A DNA stretch of 32,000 nt from Alkalilimnicola ehrlichii MLHE-1 (GTDB taxonomy: Bacteria > Pseudomonadota > Gammaproteobacteria > Nitrococcales > Halorhodospiraceae). Of this stretch, positions 18,857 through 30,367 are shown one piece after another; the first letter of the stretch is position 1; the number at the start of each line of letters is the position of its first letter. The stretch spans positions 2,400,001 through 2,432,000 of the forward strand of contig NC_008340.1 of assembly GCF_000014785.1 (NCBI RefSeq), written 5' to 3'. The position numbers and the translations under genes were made by a program. A model generated the notes under the pieces. It saw only the letters and a program-made list of their open reading frames with translations, made no database searches and had not been told where the DNA came from.

Positions 18857-20719
18857 TCAGTGTTGACCGGACTGGCGGGCGCTGCCGCCCGGGGTATCGT
18901 GCCCGGCGTACAGGGTGGCCAGCTCATCCTGGAAGTGCTCCGCGATCCGCGCGCGCTTGAGCTTAAGCGTGGGGGTGAGCATGGCGTTGTCCACGCTCCA
19001 GGGCTCGGGCAGGACCCGCAGGCGGCGAATCTGGGCATAGCCGGGGAAGGCGTGCAGCAGGTGGCCGACCCGTTCCAGCAGGTAGCGCTCCACCCGCGGA
19101 TCGTCGCGGGCGGCGGTCACCGCCTCCGGCAGACCGTGCTCGCCGGCGACGCTGGGCCAGACCGCCTCGTTCAGCACCACCAGTGCCCCCAGGTAGGGCC
19201 GGCCCTCGCCCACCACCATCACCTGCTCGAACACCGGGTCGTTGGCGATGGCCAGTTCCATGTCCGCCGGCGGCACCTTCTCGCCGTTGGCCATGACGAT
19301 GATCTCCTTGAGCCGGCCGGTGATGGTGATCCGGCCCTCGTCATCCAGCCGGGCCTGATCCCCGGTGTGCAGCCAGCCGTCGCGGTCCAGTGCCGCCGCC
19401 GTGGCCTCGGGATTGTTCCAGTAGCCGAGCATGATGTTGGGGCCTCGGGCCAGCAGCTCGCCCTGCTCGCCGATGCGCACCTCCACCCCGGGCAGCGGTT
19501 TGCCGACGGTGCCTGGGCGGTTGTCCTCCAGGGTGTTCACCGAGATCACCGGGCTCGACTCGGTGAGCCCGTAGCCCTCCAGCACCGGCACCCCCAGTGA
19601 CAGGAAGAGCTGGGCCACCTCCCGGCTCAGCGGGGCGCCGCCGCTGATGGCCACCCGCACCCGGCCGCCCAGCCGGGCGGTCACCTTGCCGGCCACCAGC
19701 CGGTGGAGCAGCGGCCAGGCCAGTTCCCTGGGGTGCCAGCCGCACAGGCCCTGGCCTCGCTGGTAGCGGTGCCAGCCGACGCGGACGGCGCTGTGAAACA
19801 GCGCGCGGGCCAGCCCCGACTTCGCCTTCAGGCCCTCCTGGATACGTCCGTAGACCCGCTCGTAGATGCGCGGCACGCTGACCAGGGCGGTGGGCCGGTG
19901 GGTGGCCAGGTCCTCGGGCAGATCGGGCACCGAGCGGGCGTAGGCCACGGTGGAGCCGGTCATGATCGGCAGGTAGTAGCCGATGGTCCGCTCCAGCGTG
20001 TGGGAGAGCGGCAGGAAGGAGAGGAACAGGTCGTCTGGGTAGATGGCAATGCGCTGCAGGCCCGCGTAGGCGTTCTCCAGCATGTTCCGGTGGCTGAGCA
20101 TCACGCCCTTGGGCCGGCCGGTGGAGCCGGAGGTATAGACGATGGAGGCCAGGGCGTGGCCGTCGCGGGGCGGCTCGGGCGGATCGCCGGGATCGCCCTC
20201 GGGCGCCAGCCAGGCCTCCAACGCCACCACGGTGCCCCTGCTGTCGGCCGGCGCCACGCCCTGGGTGACCACCACCCGCTGCACCGCGTTCAGCCGGTGG
20301 CCGCCCCGCTGGATGGCCTGCCAGGTCTCCGCCTGCTCCAGGATCAGCACCCGCGCCCCGCTGTCCTCCAGGATATAGGCCACGTTGTCCGGCCGGTCGC
20401 TGGTGTAGAGGGGCACCACCACCAGCCCCAGGGCCAGGGCCGCCTGGTCGAACAGCACCCACGGCCAGCCATTGGGCAGCATCACCGCCACGGTGTCACC
20501 GCGCTGCAGCCCCTCCCGGGCCAGGGTCGCCTGCCAGCGGCGGACCGCCTCGGCGGTCTCCCGCCAGGTGTACGTCCGCCAGCTCTGGTGGGCGTAGTCG
20601 TACTGACGGTAGGCCGGCGCATCGGGGCTGCGCCGCACCCGCTCCAGGAACAGCCGGTGCAGGGTGCCGGCCTCCCCCGGTTCGATGTAGTCGGTTGTCT
20701 TCTCCACGGTCTCCTCCAA
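18857..20719 (-). CDS. fadD: Long-chain fatty acid-CoA ligase (AMP-forming acyl-CoA synthetase)
   Basis: AMP-binding motif IVYTSGSTGRPKGVMLSH, plus GYGLTESSP and LHTGD. The ORF-track start at 20719 is a TTG. GTG 20707, just after GGAGGAG, is an equally plausible start. Confidence 0.88.
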   Translation of the reverse strand: MEETVEKTTDYIEPGEAGTLHRLFLERVRRSPDAPAYRQYDYAHQSWRTYTWRETAEAVRRWQATLAREGLQRGDTVAVMLPNGWPWVLFDQAALALGLVVVPLYTSDRPDNVAYILEDSGARVLILEQAETWQAIQRGGHRLNAVQRVVVTQGVAPADSRGTVVALEAWLAPEGDPGDPPEPPRDGHALASIVYTSGSTGRPKGVMLSHRNMLENAYAGLQRIAIYPDDLFLSFLPLSHTLERTIGYYLPIMTGSTVAYARSVPDLPEDLATHRPTALVSVPRIYERVYGRIQEGLKAKSGLARALFHSAVRVGWHRYQRGQGLCGWHPRELAWPLLHRLVAGKVTARLGGRVRVAISGGAPLSREVAQLFLSLGVPVLEGYGLTESSPVISVNTLEDNRPGTVGKPLPGVEVRIGEQGELLARGPNIMLGYWNNPEATAAALDRDGWLHTGDQARLDDEGRITITGRLKEIIVMANGEKVPPADMELAIANDPVFEQVMVVGEGRPYLGALVVLNEAVWPSVAGEHGLPEAVTAARDDPRVERYLLERVGHLLHAFPGYAQIRRLRVLPEPWSVDNAMLTPTLKLKRARIAEHFQDELATLYAGHDTPGGSARQSGQH

Positions 20720-20741
20720 ACGCCTCGCAAACGGGCTGTCT

Positions 20742-23069
20742 TCAGGCAGCCTCTGATTGACACCGCTGTGCCGGTCGCGGCACTTTTCCGGGCCGGGACA
20801 GGTCCGCGGCCTCGAATTCGTCCACCTGGATCACCCGCATCACCGCTTGGTGGGCCGCTCGCAGCCGGCGGTGGTCCGGTTCGCTGATCCCCCCCGCGTC
20901 CAGCGCCGCCTGGTGGAGCGCGGCACCGTCGAGATCGGGCAGACGGCCGTCGCGCACCGCCTGGCGCAGGCGTTGCTCCAGGTCCTCGGTGGCCACCACC
21001 TCGCGCAGGGCCCACTCCAGGGCGCCGGTGGCGTCGTCGCGATCCCGACTCAGGTACAGCCCTGCCGTGAGCCGGTCCCGCACCTCGCCCGGTTCCAACA
21101 GGGTCTCGGCCACGCGGCGACCCAGGCGGTCGTCCGCGGGGCGCCGGCGCCGGCCCCAGGGGAAGAGCAACCGCCGCAGCAGGAACGCCGCCGGGCGCAC
21201 CGGCAGGTTGGCCAGAACCCGGTCCAACCGCTCCTGGATGCGGTAGAGCCCCTCCTGGCAGACCCAGTCCAGCAGGGGCCGGTCGGCGATCGGACAGCCG
21301 TCGTCCTCGTGCTGTTTCAACGCACAGCTCATCAGGTAGAGCTCACTGAGGACGTCCGCCAGCCGGCCGGAGAGGCGCTCGCGCCGCTTCAGCTCGCCGC
21401 CGAGGATCAGCAGCGCGGCATCCGCAACCAGGGCAAAATTGGCCGACTCGCGTGCGAGCTGGCGGTACCAGCGATCCAACGCACCGGCGCCGGGGGCACT
21501 GGCCAGGCGACCGCCGGTGGCGTTGTGGAGGGCCACCCGACCCAGGTTGGCGAGCAGGTGGCGCACGTGGCCCCAGAAGGCGCGGTCGAAGCCCGTCAGG
21601 TCCCCCGCCTGGGCGGTCTGCACCTCCCGCAGCAGCCACGGGTGGCAGCGCAGGGCCCCCTGCCCGAAGACGATCATGCTGCGGGTCAGGATGTTGGCCC
21701 CCTCCACGGTGATCCCCACCGGCAGGGCCTGGTAGGCCCCGAAGAGGGTGTTGGACGGGCCGGTGCAGATGGCCTTGCCGCCATGCACATCCATGGCGTC
21801 GGTGATGGCCTCGCGGCCGCCGGCGGTGGCCTGGTATTTGAGAATGGCCGAGATCACCGCCGGCTCGATGCCGGCATCCAGGGCGGCGGTGGTGACCCAG
21901 CGGCCGGCGTCCAGGCGATAGGCCTGGCCGGCAATGCGCGTCAGCGCCTCCTGCACCCCCTCGAAGCGGCCCACCGGGGTATTGAACTGGCGGCGCACCC
22001 GGGCGTAGGCGCCAGCGGTGCGCGCCGCCAGCTTGGCGTTGCCCACGCCGGCGGCCGGCAGCGAGATCGAGCGCCCCGCGGCGAGACAGCCCATCAACAT
22101 GCGCCAACCCTGGCCGGCGCGCGGCGGCCCGCCGATGATGAAATCCAGGGGGATGAAGACATCGCGCCCGCGGGTGGGGCCGTTCTGGAAGGCCACCCCG
22201 GCCGGGAAATGGCGTCGGCCGATCTCCACGCCGGGGTGATCGGTGGGGATCAGTGCCACGGTGATCCCGGGCACCGGACCCCGGCCCAACAGCTCGTCCG
22301 GATCCTCCAGCCGGAAGGCCAGGCCCAGCACCGTGGCCACGGGGGCCAGGGTGATGTAGCGCTTGTCCCAACTCACGCGCATGCCCAGCACCCGCTCTCC
22401 GCGGTAGTCGCCGTAACAGACCACCCCACGATCGGGGATGGAGGCCGCATCGGAGCCGGCGGTGGGCCCGGTGAGGGCAAAACAGGGGATCTCCTCCCCC
22501 CGGGCCAGGCGCGGCAGATAGTGGTTGCGCTGTGCCTCCGTCCCGTAGCGCAGCAACAGCTCCGCCGGGCCCAGCGAGTTGGGCACCGAGACCGTGACCC
22601 CGGCGGTGCCCTCACGCGCGCCCACCTTCATCACCACCTGGGAGTGGGCGGCGGCGGAGAACCCCAGGCCGCCATAGGCCCGGGGGATGATCATCCCGAG
22701 CAAGCCCTGATCGCGGATAAAGCGCCAGACCGGCTCCGGGAGGTCCCGCTGCTCGTTCACCTCCCAGGCGTCGAGCATGCGGCAGAGCGCCTCCACCGGC
22801 CCGTCGAGAAAGGCCTGCTCCGCCTCGCTCAGCCGCGCCGGGGGCAGCGAGCGCAGCACCGCCCAGTCCGGCCGGCCGGTGAAGAGCTGCGCATCCCACC
22901 AGGTATCGCCCGCCTCCAGCGCCTCCCGCTCAGTGGCGGAGATTGACGGCAGCCGCTGCCGGAGCAGGCCCATGACCGGGGCGCTGAGCAGCGAACGGCG
23001 CAGCGGCGCCAGCCACAGCAGCGCCAGCACCAGTAGCACCGCAACCGCGATGAGGTAGCTCAGCATCAT
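20742..23069 (-). CDS. fadE: Large FadE-type acyl-CoA dehydrogenase, paralog 2
   Basis: 775 aa, collinear with the 12706-15180 product (LLGMIIPRAYGG, CFALTGPTAGSDAA, ITVEGANILTRSMIVFGQGALRCHP). Tandem ATGs at 23069 and 23066 follow GGGAGGAG. Confidence 0.9.
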   Translation of the reverse strand: MMLSYLIAVAVLLVLALLWLAPLRRSLLSAPVMGLLRQRLPSISATEREALEAGDTWWDAQLFTGRPDWAVLRSLPPARLSEAEQAFLDGPVEALCRMLDAWEVNEQRDLPEPVWRFIRDQGLLGMIIPRAYGGLGFSAAAHSQVVMKVGAREGTAGVTVSVPNSLGPAELLLRYGTEAQRNHYLPRLARGEEIPCFALTGPTAGSDAASIPDRGVVCYGDYRGERVLGMRVSWDKRYITLAPVATVLGLAFRLEDPDELLGRGPVPGITVALIPTDHPGVEIGRRHFPAGVAFQNGPTRGRDVFIPLDFIIGGPPRAGQGWRMLMGCLAAGRSISLPAAGVGNAKLAARTAGAYARVRRQFNTPVGRFEGVQEALTRIAGQAYRLDAGRWVTTAALDAGIEPAVISAILKYQATAGGREAITDAMDVHGGKAICTGPSNTLFGAYQALPVGITVEGANILTRSMIVFGQGALRCHPWLLREVQTAQAGDLTGFDRAFWGHVRHLLANLGRVALHNATGGRLASAPGAGALDRWYRQLARESANFALVADAALLILGGELKRRERLSGRLADVLSELYLMSCALKQHEDDGCPIADRPLLDWVCQEGLYRIQERLDRVLANLPVRPAAFLLRRLLFPWGRRRRPADDRLGRRVAETLLEPGEVRDRLTAGLYLSRDRDDATGALEWALREVVATEDLEQRLRQAVRDGRLPDLDGAALHQAALDAGGISEPDHRRLRAAHQAVMRVIQVDEFEAADLSRPGKVPRPAQRCQSEAA

Positions 23070-23156
23070 CTCCTCCCTTCATCCTCCGGGCCCCGGCGAT
23101 CTGTCGCCGCCTGGGGCGGATGCCGGCGGTCGGATCGCCGCCGGCCGGCTATAGGT

Positions 23157-23170
23157 AAAACGTTTGTTTG
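23157..23170. promoter_or_regulatory. PsrA-type operator candidate upstream of the fadE paralog 2 operon
   Basis: AAAAC-GTTT-GTTTG fits the recalled PsrA consensus (G/C)AAAC-N2-4-GTTT(G/C). It lies about 90 nt upstream of the 23069 start, next to a CCGGGG-(T/A)8-CCCCGG hairpin (23174-23193). Confidence 0.45.
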
Positions 23171-23213
23171 ACGCCGGGGTAAAAAAACCCCGGGACCCCG
23201 CACGACCCGGACC

Positions 23214-23903
23214 TCAGCCCGAGCCGGCGGCCACCTCGGTCGTACCCGCCTCGCTGGCCTCCTCCTGCAGCTCCGGGGGCAGCGGGGCGCGCAGCCCACC
23301 CACCAGAAAGGGCACCACCCGCCGAATGATCTCCCGCGGCTCGTCCGGGTTGGCGCTGCGGCTCGCCGCCAGCACCTGCATCATGTCGTTGCCCGCCATG
23401 ACGTAGGACATCACCCCCACCATGAAGTGCAGGCGCCAGTAGAGCTCGCCCTTGGGTAAGTCCGGCAGCACCTGGCGGAAGGCCGGCTTGAAACGACTGA
23501 CCAGCCCCTCGTTGGCCTGGCGCATGTGGTCGTGCAGGAAGCTGGCGTGCTCGGTATAGGTACGGCCCATCAGGCGCACGAACCGGCTGCCACCGCCACC
23601 GTCCCGGCTCAGTTCCAGCGGCGGGCCGATGAAGGCCTCAATCAGCCCCTCCAGGGTGAGCTCGCCGGCGCGTTCCAGCCGGTCCAACCGGCGGATGCGC
23701 TCGCGGTTCAATGGCTCCAGCCGCCGCCCCAACACCGCCTTGATCAGCCCCTGCTTGGAGCCAAAATGGTAATTAACTGCGGCCAGATTGACCTCCGCCT
23801 GCGACGTGATCTGGCGCAGCGAGGTCTGCCCCAGGCCGCGCTCGGCGAACAGCCGCTCGGCCGTGTCCAGAATGCGTTCCTTGGTGTCGGAGGCTTCGGC
23901 CAT
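23214..23903 (-). CDS. psrA: TetR-family transcriptional repressor, PsrA-like fatty-acid-responsive regulator of beta-oxidation
   Basis: The N-terminal HTH ERILDTAERLFAERGLGQTSLRQITSQAEVNLAAVNYHFGSKQGLIKAV is very close to Pseudomonas PsrA as I recall it. The later LYWRLHFMVG and VVPFLVGGLRA motifs also match. It heads a fad operon and is flanked by PsrA-type palindromes. Confidence 0.7.
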   Translation of the reverse strand: MAEASDTKERILDTAERLFAERGLGQTSLRQITSQAEVNLAAVNYHFGSKQGLIKAVLGRRLEPLNRERIRRLDRLERAGELTLEGLIEAFIGPPLELSRDGGGGSRFVRLMGRTYTEHASFLHDHMRQANEGLVSRFKPAFRQVLPDLPKGELYWRLHFMVGVMSYVMAGNDMMQVLAASRSANPDEPREIIRRVVPFLVGGLRAPLPPELQEEASEAGTTEVAAGSG

Positions 23904-23921
23904 GGTGTCAGATCCCGGAGT

Positions 23922-23935
23922 TAAACGTACGTTTA
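23922..23935. promoter_or_regulatory. Perfect 14-bp palindrome TAAACGTACGTTTA: PsrA-type autoregulatory operator candidate
   Basis: AAAC-N4-GTTT core, 19 nt upstream of the psrA ATG. It overlaps the predicted transcription start of the promoter listed next. Confidence 0.55.
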
Positions 23936-23963
23936 TTTATAGCGCCTCTCAGCGCCGGGTCAA
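23936..23963 (-). promoter_or_regulatory. Sigma-70-type promoter candidate for psrA
   Basis: On the minus strand: TTGACC (23963-23958), 16-nt spacer, TATAAA (23941-23936). Confidence 0.5.
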
Positions 23964-23972
23964 GCCCCTTTT

Positions 23973-23989
23973 ATGGTGCGTCGCACCAT
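23973..23989. repeat. Perfect 17-bp palindrome ATGGTGCG-T-CGCACCAT in the psrA-cbpA divergent intergenic region
   Basis: 8-1-8 inverted repeat read directly from the sequence. It sits 10 bp beyond the psrA -35 and 36 bp before the cbpA -35-like element. Confidence 0.6.
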
Positions 23990-24024
23990 TCTGGCCCGCC
24001 CTGGTTCCCGAGGCAACCGACTGC

Positions 24025-24054
24025 CTTGAAGCCACCCCGTTGACGACCCATATA
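24025..24054 (+). promoter_or_regulatory. Sigma-32 (heat-shock) type promoter candidate for cbpA-cbpM
   Basis: CTTGAA (24025-24030), 15-nt spacer, ACCCATATA (24046-24054), compared with the recalled consensus CTTGAA-N13-15-CCCCATnTA. The ACGACCCATATAG stretch resembles E. coli dnaK P1. Confidence 0.45.
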
Positions 24055-24127
24055 GATGAAGAGGATGCGAATAAGACGTAGCGACAGCTGAAAGTGCCAT
24101 GGGCCACTACGAGGGACACGGACGCGC

Positions 24128-25099
24128 ATGAAGTTCAAGGACTATTACCAGATCATGGGCGTCAGCCGGGACGCCAGCCAGGACGAAATCAGGCGGGCCT
24201 ACCGCAAACTGGCCCGCAAGTACCACCCGGATGTGAGCAAAGAGCCGGACGCGGAACAGAGATTCAAGGAATTGGGCGAGGCCTACGAGGTCCTTAAGGA
24301 CCCGGAAAAGCGGGCCGCCTACGACCAGCTGGGACGCGACTACCAGGCCGGACAGGACTTCCGGCCACCGCCGGACTGGGGTGAACAGGGCTTTCAGTTC
24401 CACGGCGCGGAGTTCACCGGCGCGGACGCCTCGGAGTTCAGCGACTTCTTCGAGTCGCTGTTCGGGGGCGGCTTCGGCCGGCCGGGGGGATTCGCCCGGG
24501 GCGGCCGCCGGGCCGGCGGCCCCCACTTCCGGGCCCGCGGTGAGGACGCCCACGCCCGTATCCTCATCGACCTGGACGACGCCTTCCACGGGGCCAATCG
24601 CACCCTGACCCTGAACACCACGGAGATCGGCGACGACGGGCGGCCCCGGCGCCGGGAGCGCACCCTCAACGTGCACATCCCCAAAGGGGTCCACCAGGGC
24701 CAGCACATCCGCCTGGCCGGACAGGGCAATCCGGGCATCGGCGGCGGCCCGCCGGGCGATCTCTTCCTTGAGGTGGCGTTCCGCCCTCACCCCCTCTACC
24801 GGGTGGAGGGACGCGACGTCTTCCTCGACCTGCCGGTGGCGCCCTGGGAGGCCGCCCTGGGGGCCCACGTGCAGGTGCCCACCCCCACCGGCAAGGTGGC
24901 GCTGCACATCCCGGCGGGCTCGCTGGGGGGACACAAGCTGCGGCTGAAGGGCCGTGGTATCCCGGGCCATCCGCCGGGTGATCTCTACGCGGTGCTGCGG
25001 ATTGCCCTGCCACCGGCCGATACCGAGGCGGCCCGCAAGGCCTACCGCGACATGCAGCAGGCCCTCGACTTCAACCCGCGCGCCAGGCTGGGGGTGTGA
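24128..25099 (+). CDS. cbpA: Curved-DNA-binding protein CbpA (DnaJ-like co-chaperone)
   Basis: J-domain [52 protein letters not shown] with HPD. There is no Zn-finger region, and the C-terminus is CbpA-like (PWEAALGA..., [12 protein letters not shown]). Confidence 0.92.
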   Translation: MKFKDYYQIMGVSRDASQDEIRRAYRKLARKYHPDVSKEPDAEQRFKELGEAYEVLKDPEKRAAYDQLGRDYQAGQDFRPPPDWGEQGFQFHGAEFTGADASEFSDFFESLFGGGFGRPGGFARGGRRAGGPHFRARGEDAHARILIDLDDAFHGANRTLTLNTTEIGDDGRPRRRERTLNVHIPKGVHQGQHIRLAGQGNPGIGGGPPGDLFLEVAFRPHPLYRVEGRDVFLDLPVAPWEAALGAHVQVPTPTGKVALHIPAGSLGGHKLRLKGRGIPGHPPGDLYAVLRIALPPADTEAARKAYRDMQQALDFNPRARLGV

Positions 25100-25104
25100 A
25101 CACC

Positions 25105-25428
25105 ATGACAAGGAAGATGCAGACGGTCATCCGCGGCGAGATCCTGGAAGAGGAGGTGGTGCTGACCCTGGGCGAGTTGTGTCGGGTCTGCCGGCTGCCC
25201 GCCGACGAACTGCTGGTGATGGTGGATGAGGGCATCATCGAACCGCTGGAGCGCGGCCCCACCACCCAATGGCGGTTTCACGGCGCCAGCGTGCGTCGGG
25301 TGCACCGGGCAGTGCAGCTGCACCGCGACCTGGGCGTGAACTGGGCCGGCGCCGCCCTGGCCCTGGAGCTGCTGGAGGAGATGGAGTCGCTACGCCAGCG
25401 CCTGCAGCGCCTGGAGGGCCATCCCTGA
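25105..25428 (+). CDS. cbpM: Chaperone modulatory protein CbpM (MerR-like)
   Basis: Immediately follows and overlaps the cbpA stop. LGELCRVCRLPADELLVMVDEGIIEP...VRRVHRAVQLHRDLGVNWAGAALALELLEE resembles E. coli CbpM. An alternative GTG start at 25096 overlaps the cbpA TGA. Confidence 0.85.
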   Translation: MTRKMQTVIRGEILEEEVVLTLGELCRVCRLPADELLVMVDEGIIEPLERGPTTQWRFHGASVRRVHRAVQLHRDLGVNWAGAALALELLEEMESLRQRLQRLEGHP

Positions 25429-25594
25429 CGGGACGGGCCCCGCCCGGGCCCGCCCGGTTCGGTGCCAGCCCGCCGGGAGACCGTATTGCGCCGGGCCGCC
25501 TGCCCGGCGAGCGGTGTGCGCTCCAGCAACCTGAGGCCACACTTGGTATCCTATGCGGTTCCCTTGCATTAGCCGCCGACGTAGCCACCAGACC

Positions 25595-29290
<3,696 letters not shown>

Positions 29291-29596
29291 AAGCGGGTGC
29301 CGGCGGGGCCCAGGGTGAGAGGCGCTGCGACTTTTCACCGCACCCATCCAGTGGGGCCACCCGCCGGAGCCGGCGCCCTAACCGGATTCGATGCTGGGCT
29401 CCCCATGAATCAATGAGATAACCTGGCAGCGCGGTCATAATTATCGCCTAGGAGGAGTTGGAGCCCCCTCACTCCCCCCGTCGGCGTAGTCGGTCTCCAC
29501 CTTTCGGGGTATTGCACCGGCACCGGGAAGACACCACGCTTAAGCCCTAACACATCAGTAGACCCGGCGCGCCAAGCGTCGGCTCCGGTAAAGGCC

Positions 29597-30367
29597 ATGC
29601 ACGACTACAAGACCGACAACATCACTCCCCTGAGCCAGCGGCGCGACCGTTGCCGGGGCTGCGGCCTGCGGAATATCTGTTTCGGCATCCTCCACCACGC
29701 CCCCGAGGCGGATCTGCTGGAGCGGCTGATCTGCCGGCGCGGTCCCCTGCCCTCCGGCACGGTGCTGTTCGAGGCCGACGACCCGCTGGAGCGGTTGTGC
29801 GTGATCCGGGTGGGGTCAGCACGACGGGAGAGCCCGACCGGGGGCGAGGGGGGCACCCGGCGCGTGGTCGGCTTTGCCCTGCCCGGGGAGGTGATGGGGC
29901 TGGACGCCCTCTACCAACAGCGCCACCCCACCAATGCGGTGTTGCTGCAAAGCAGCTACGTCTGCGAGCTGCCCTTTCAACCGCTGCAGGCACTGGCCAG
30001 CGAGGTGCCCCAGCTCTGGCACCAGTTGCTCCGGCTCTCCGGGGAGGCCGTCTACCAGCACAAGCGCAGCCGTCTGGCCATGAGCCAAACGCTGGCCGAG
30101 GCCCGGCTCGCCCACGCCCTGCTGGACCTGGCACACCGGATGGCCCGGCGCGGCATGTCCGCCCAGACCCTCGATCTGCCCATGCCGCGCCAGGAGCTGG
30201 GCAATCAACTCGGCCTGGCGCCCAATACCACCAGCCGGGCCTTCCGTTTCCTGAAAGAGCAGGGCTGGCTGGAGGCGGACGGCCGCCAGATCACCCTGCT
30301 GGACCCCGAGGCCCTGGCCAAGCTGGCGAACTGGTCGGAGCCTACGCCGACGGCTCGCTCGGCCTGA
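29597..30367 (+). CDS. fnr: FNR/ANR-type Crp-family oxygen-sensing transcription regulator ([4Fe-4S] Cys cluster present)
   Basis: N-terminal C-x2-C-x5-C (CRGCGLRNIC) plus the central Cys in SSYVCELPF match the FNR C20/C23/C29/C122 pattern. cNMP-like beta-roll is present, and the C-terminal HTH is ELGNQLGLAPNTTSRAFRFL. Confidence 0.85.
   Translation: MHDYKTDNITPLSQRRDRCRGCGLRNICFGILHHAPEADLLERLICRRGPLPSGTVLFEADDPLERLCVIRVGSARRESPTGGEGGTRRVVGFALPGEVMGLDALYQQRHPTNAVLLQSSYVCELPFQPLQALASEVPQLWHQLLRLSGEAVYQHKRSRLAMSQTLAEARLAHALLDLAHRMARRGMSAQTLDLPMPRQELGNQLGLAPNTTSRAFRFLKEQGWLEADGRQITLLDPEALAKLANWSEPTPTARSA

Noticed and set aside
25429-25594. Possible riboswitch (cobalamin or SAH type) in the 166-nt region upstream of metH. 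GCCGGGAGACCG superficially recalls a B12-box.
   Set aside because: The spacing does not fit the B12-box consensus and the region is too short for a cobalamin aptamer. B12 repression of a B12-dependent enzyme makes little sense. I could not find the SAH-riboswitch conserved cores. The two short GC hairpins (CGCCGGGC/GCCCGGCG and GAGCG/CGCTC) more likely mark the 3' end of cbpM. Rfam cmscan would settle it.
29400-29413. Possible FNR autoregulatory box upstream of fnr (ATCAA at 29409-29413).
   Set aside because: Only one half-site is present. The partner position reads CCCCC rather than TTGAT.
29458-29553. 31-codon TTG-initiated ORF following the TAGGAGGAG sequence.
   Set aside because: The SD-to-start spacing is only about 2 nt, the product is Pro/Arg/Ser-rich, and no conservation can be assessed. 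It is treated as non-coding leader.
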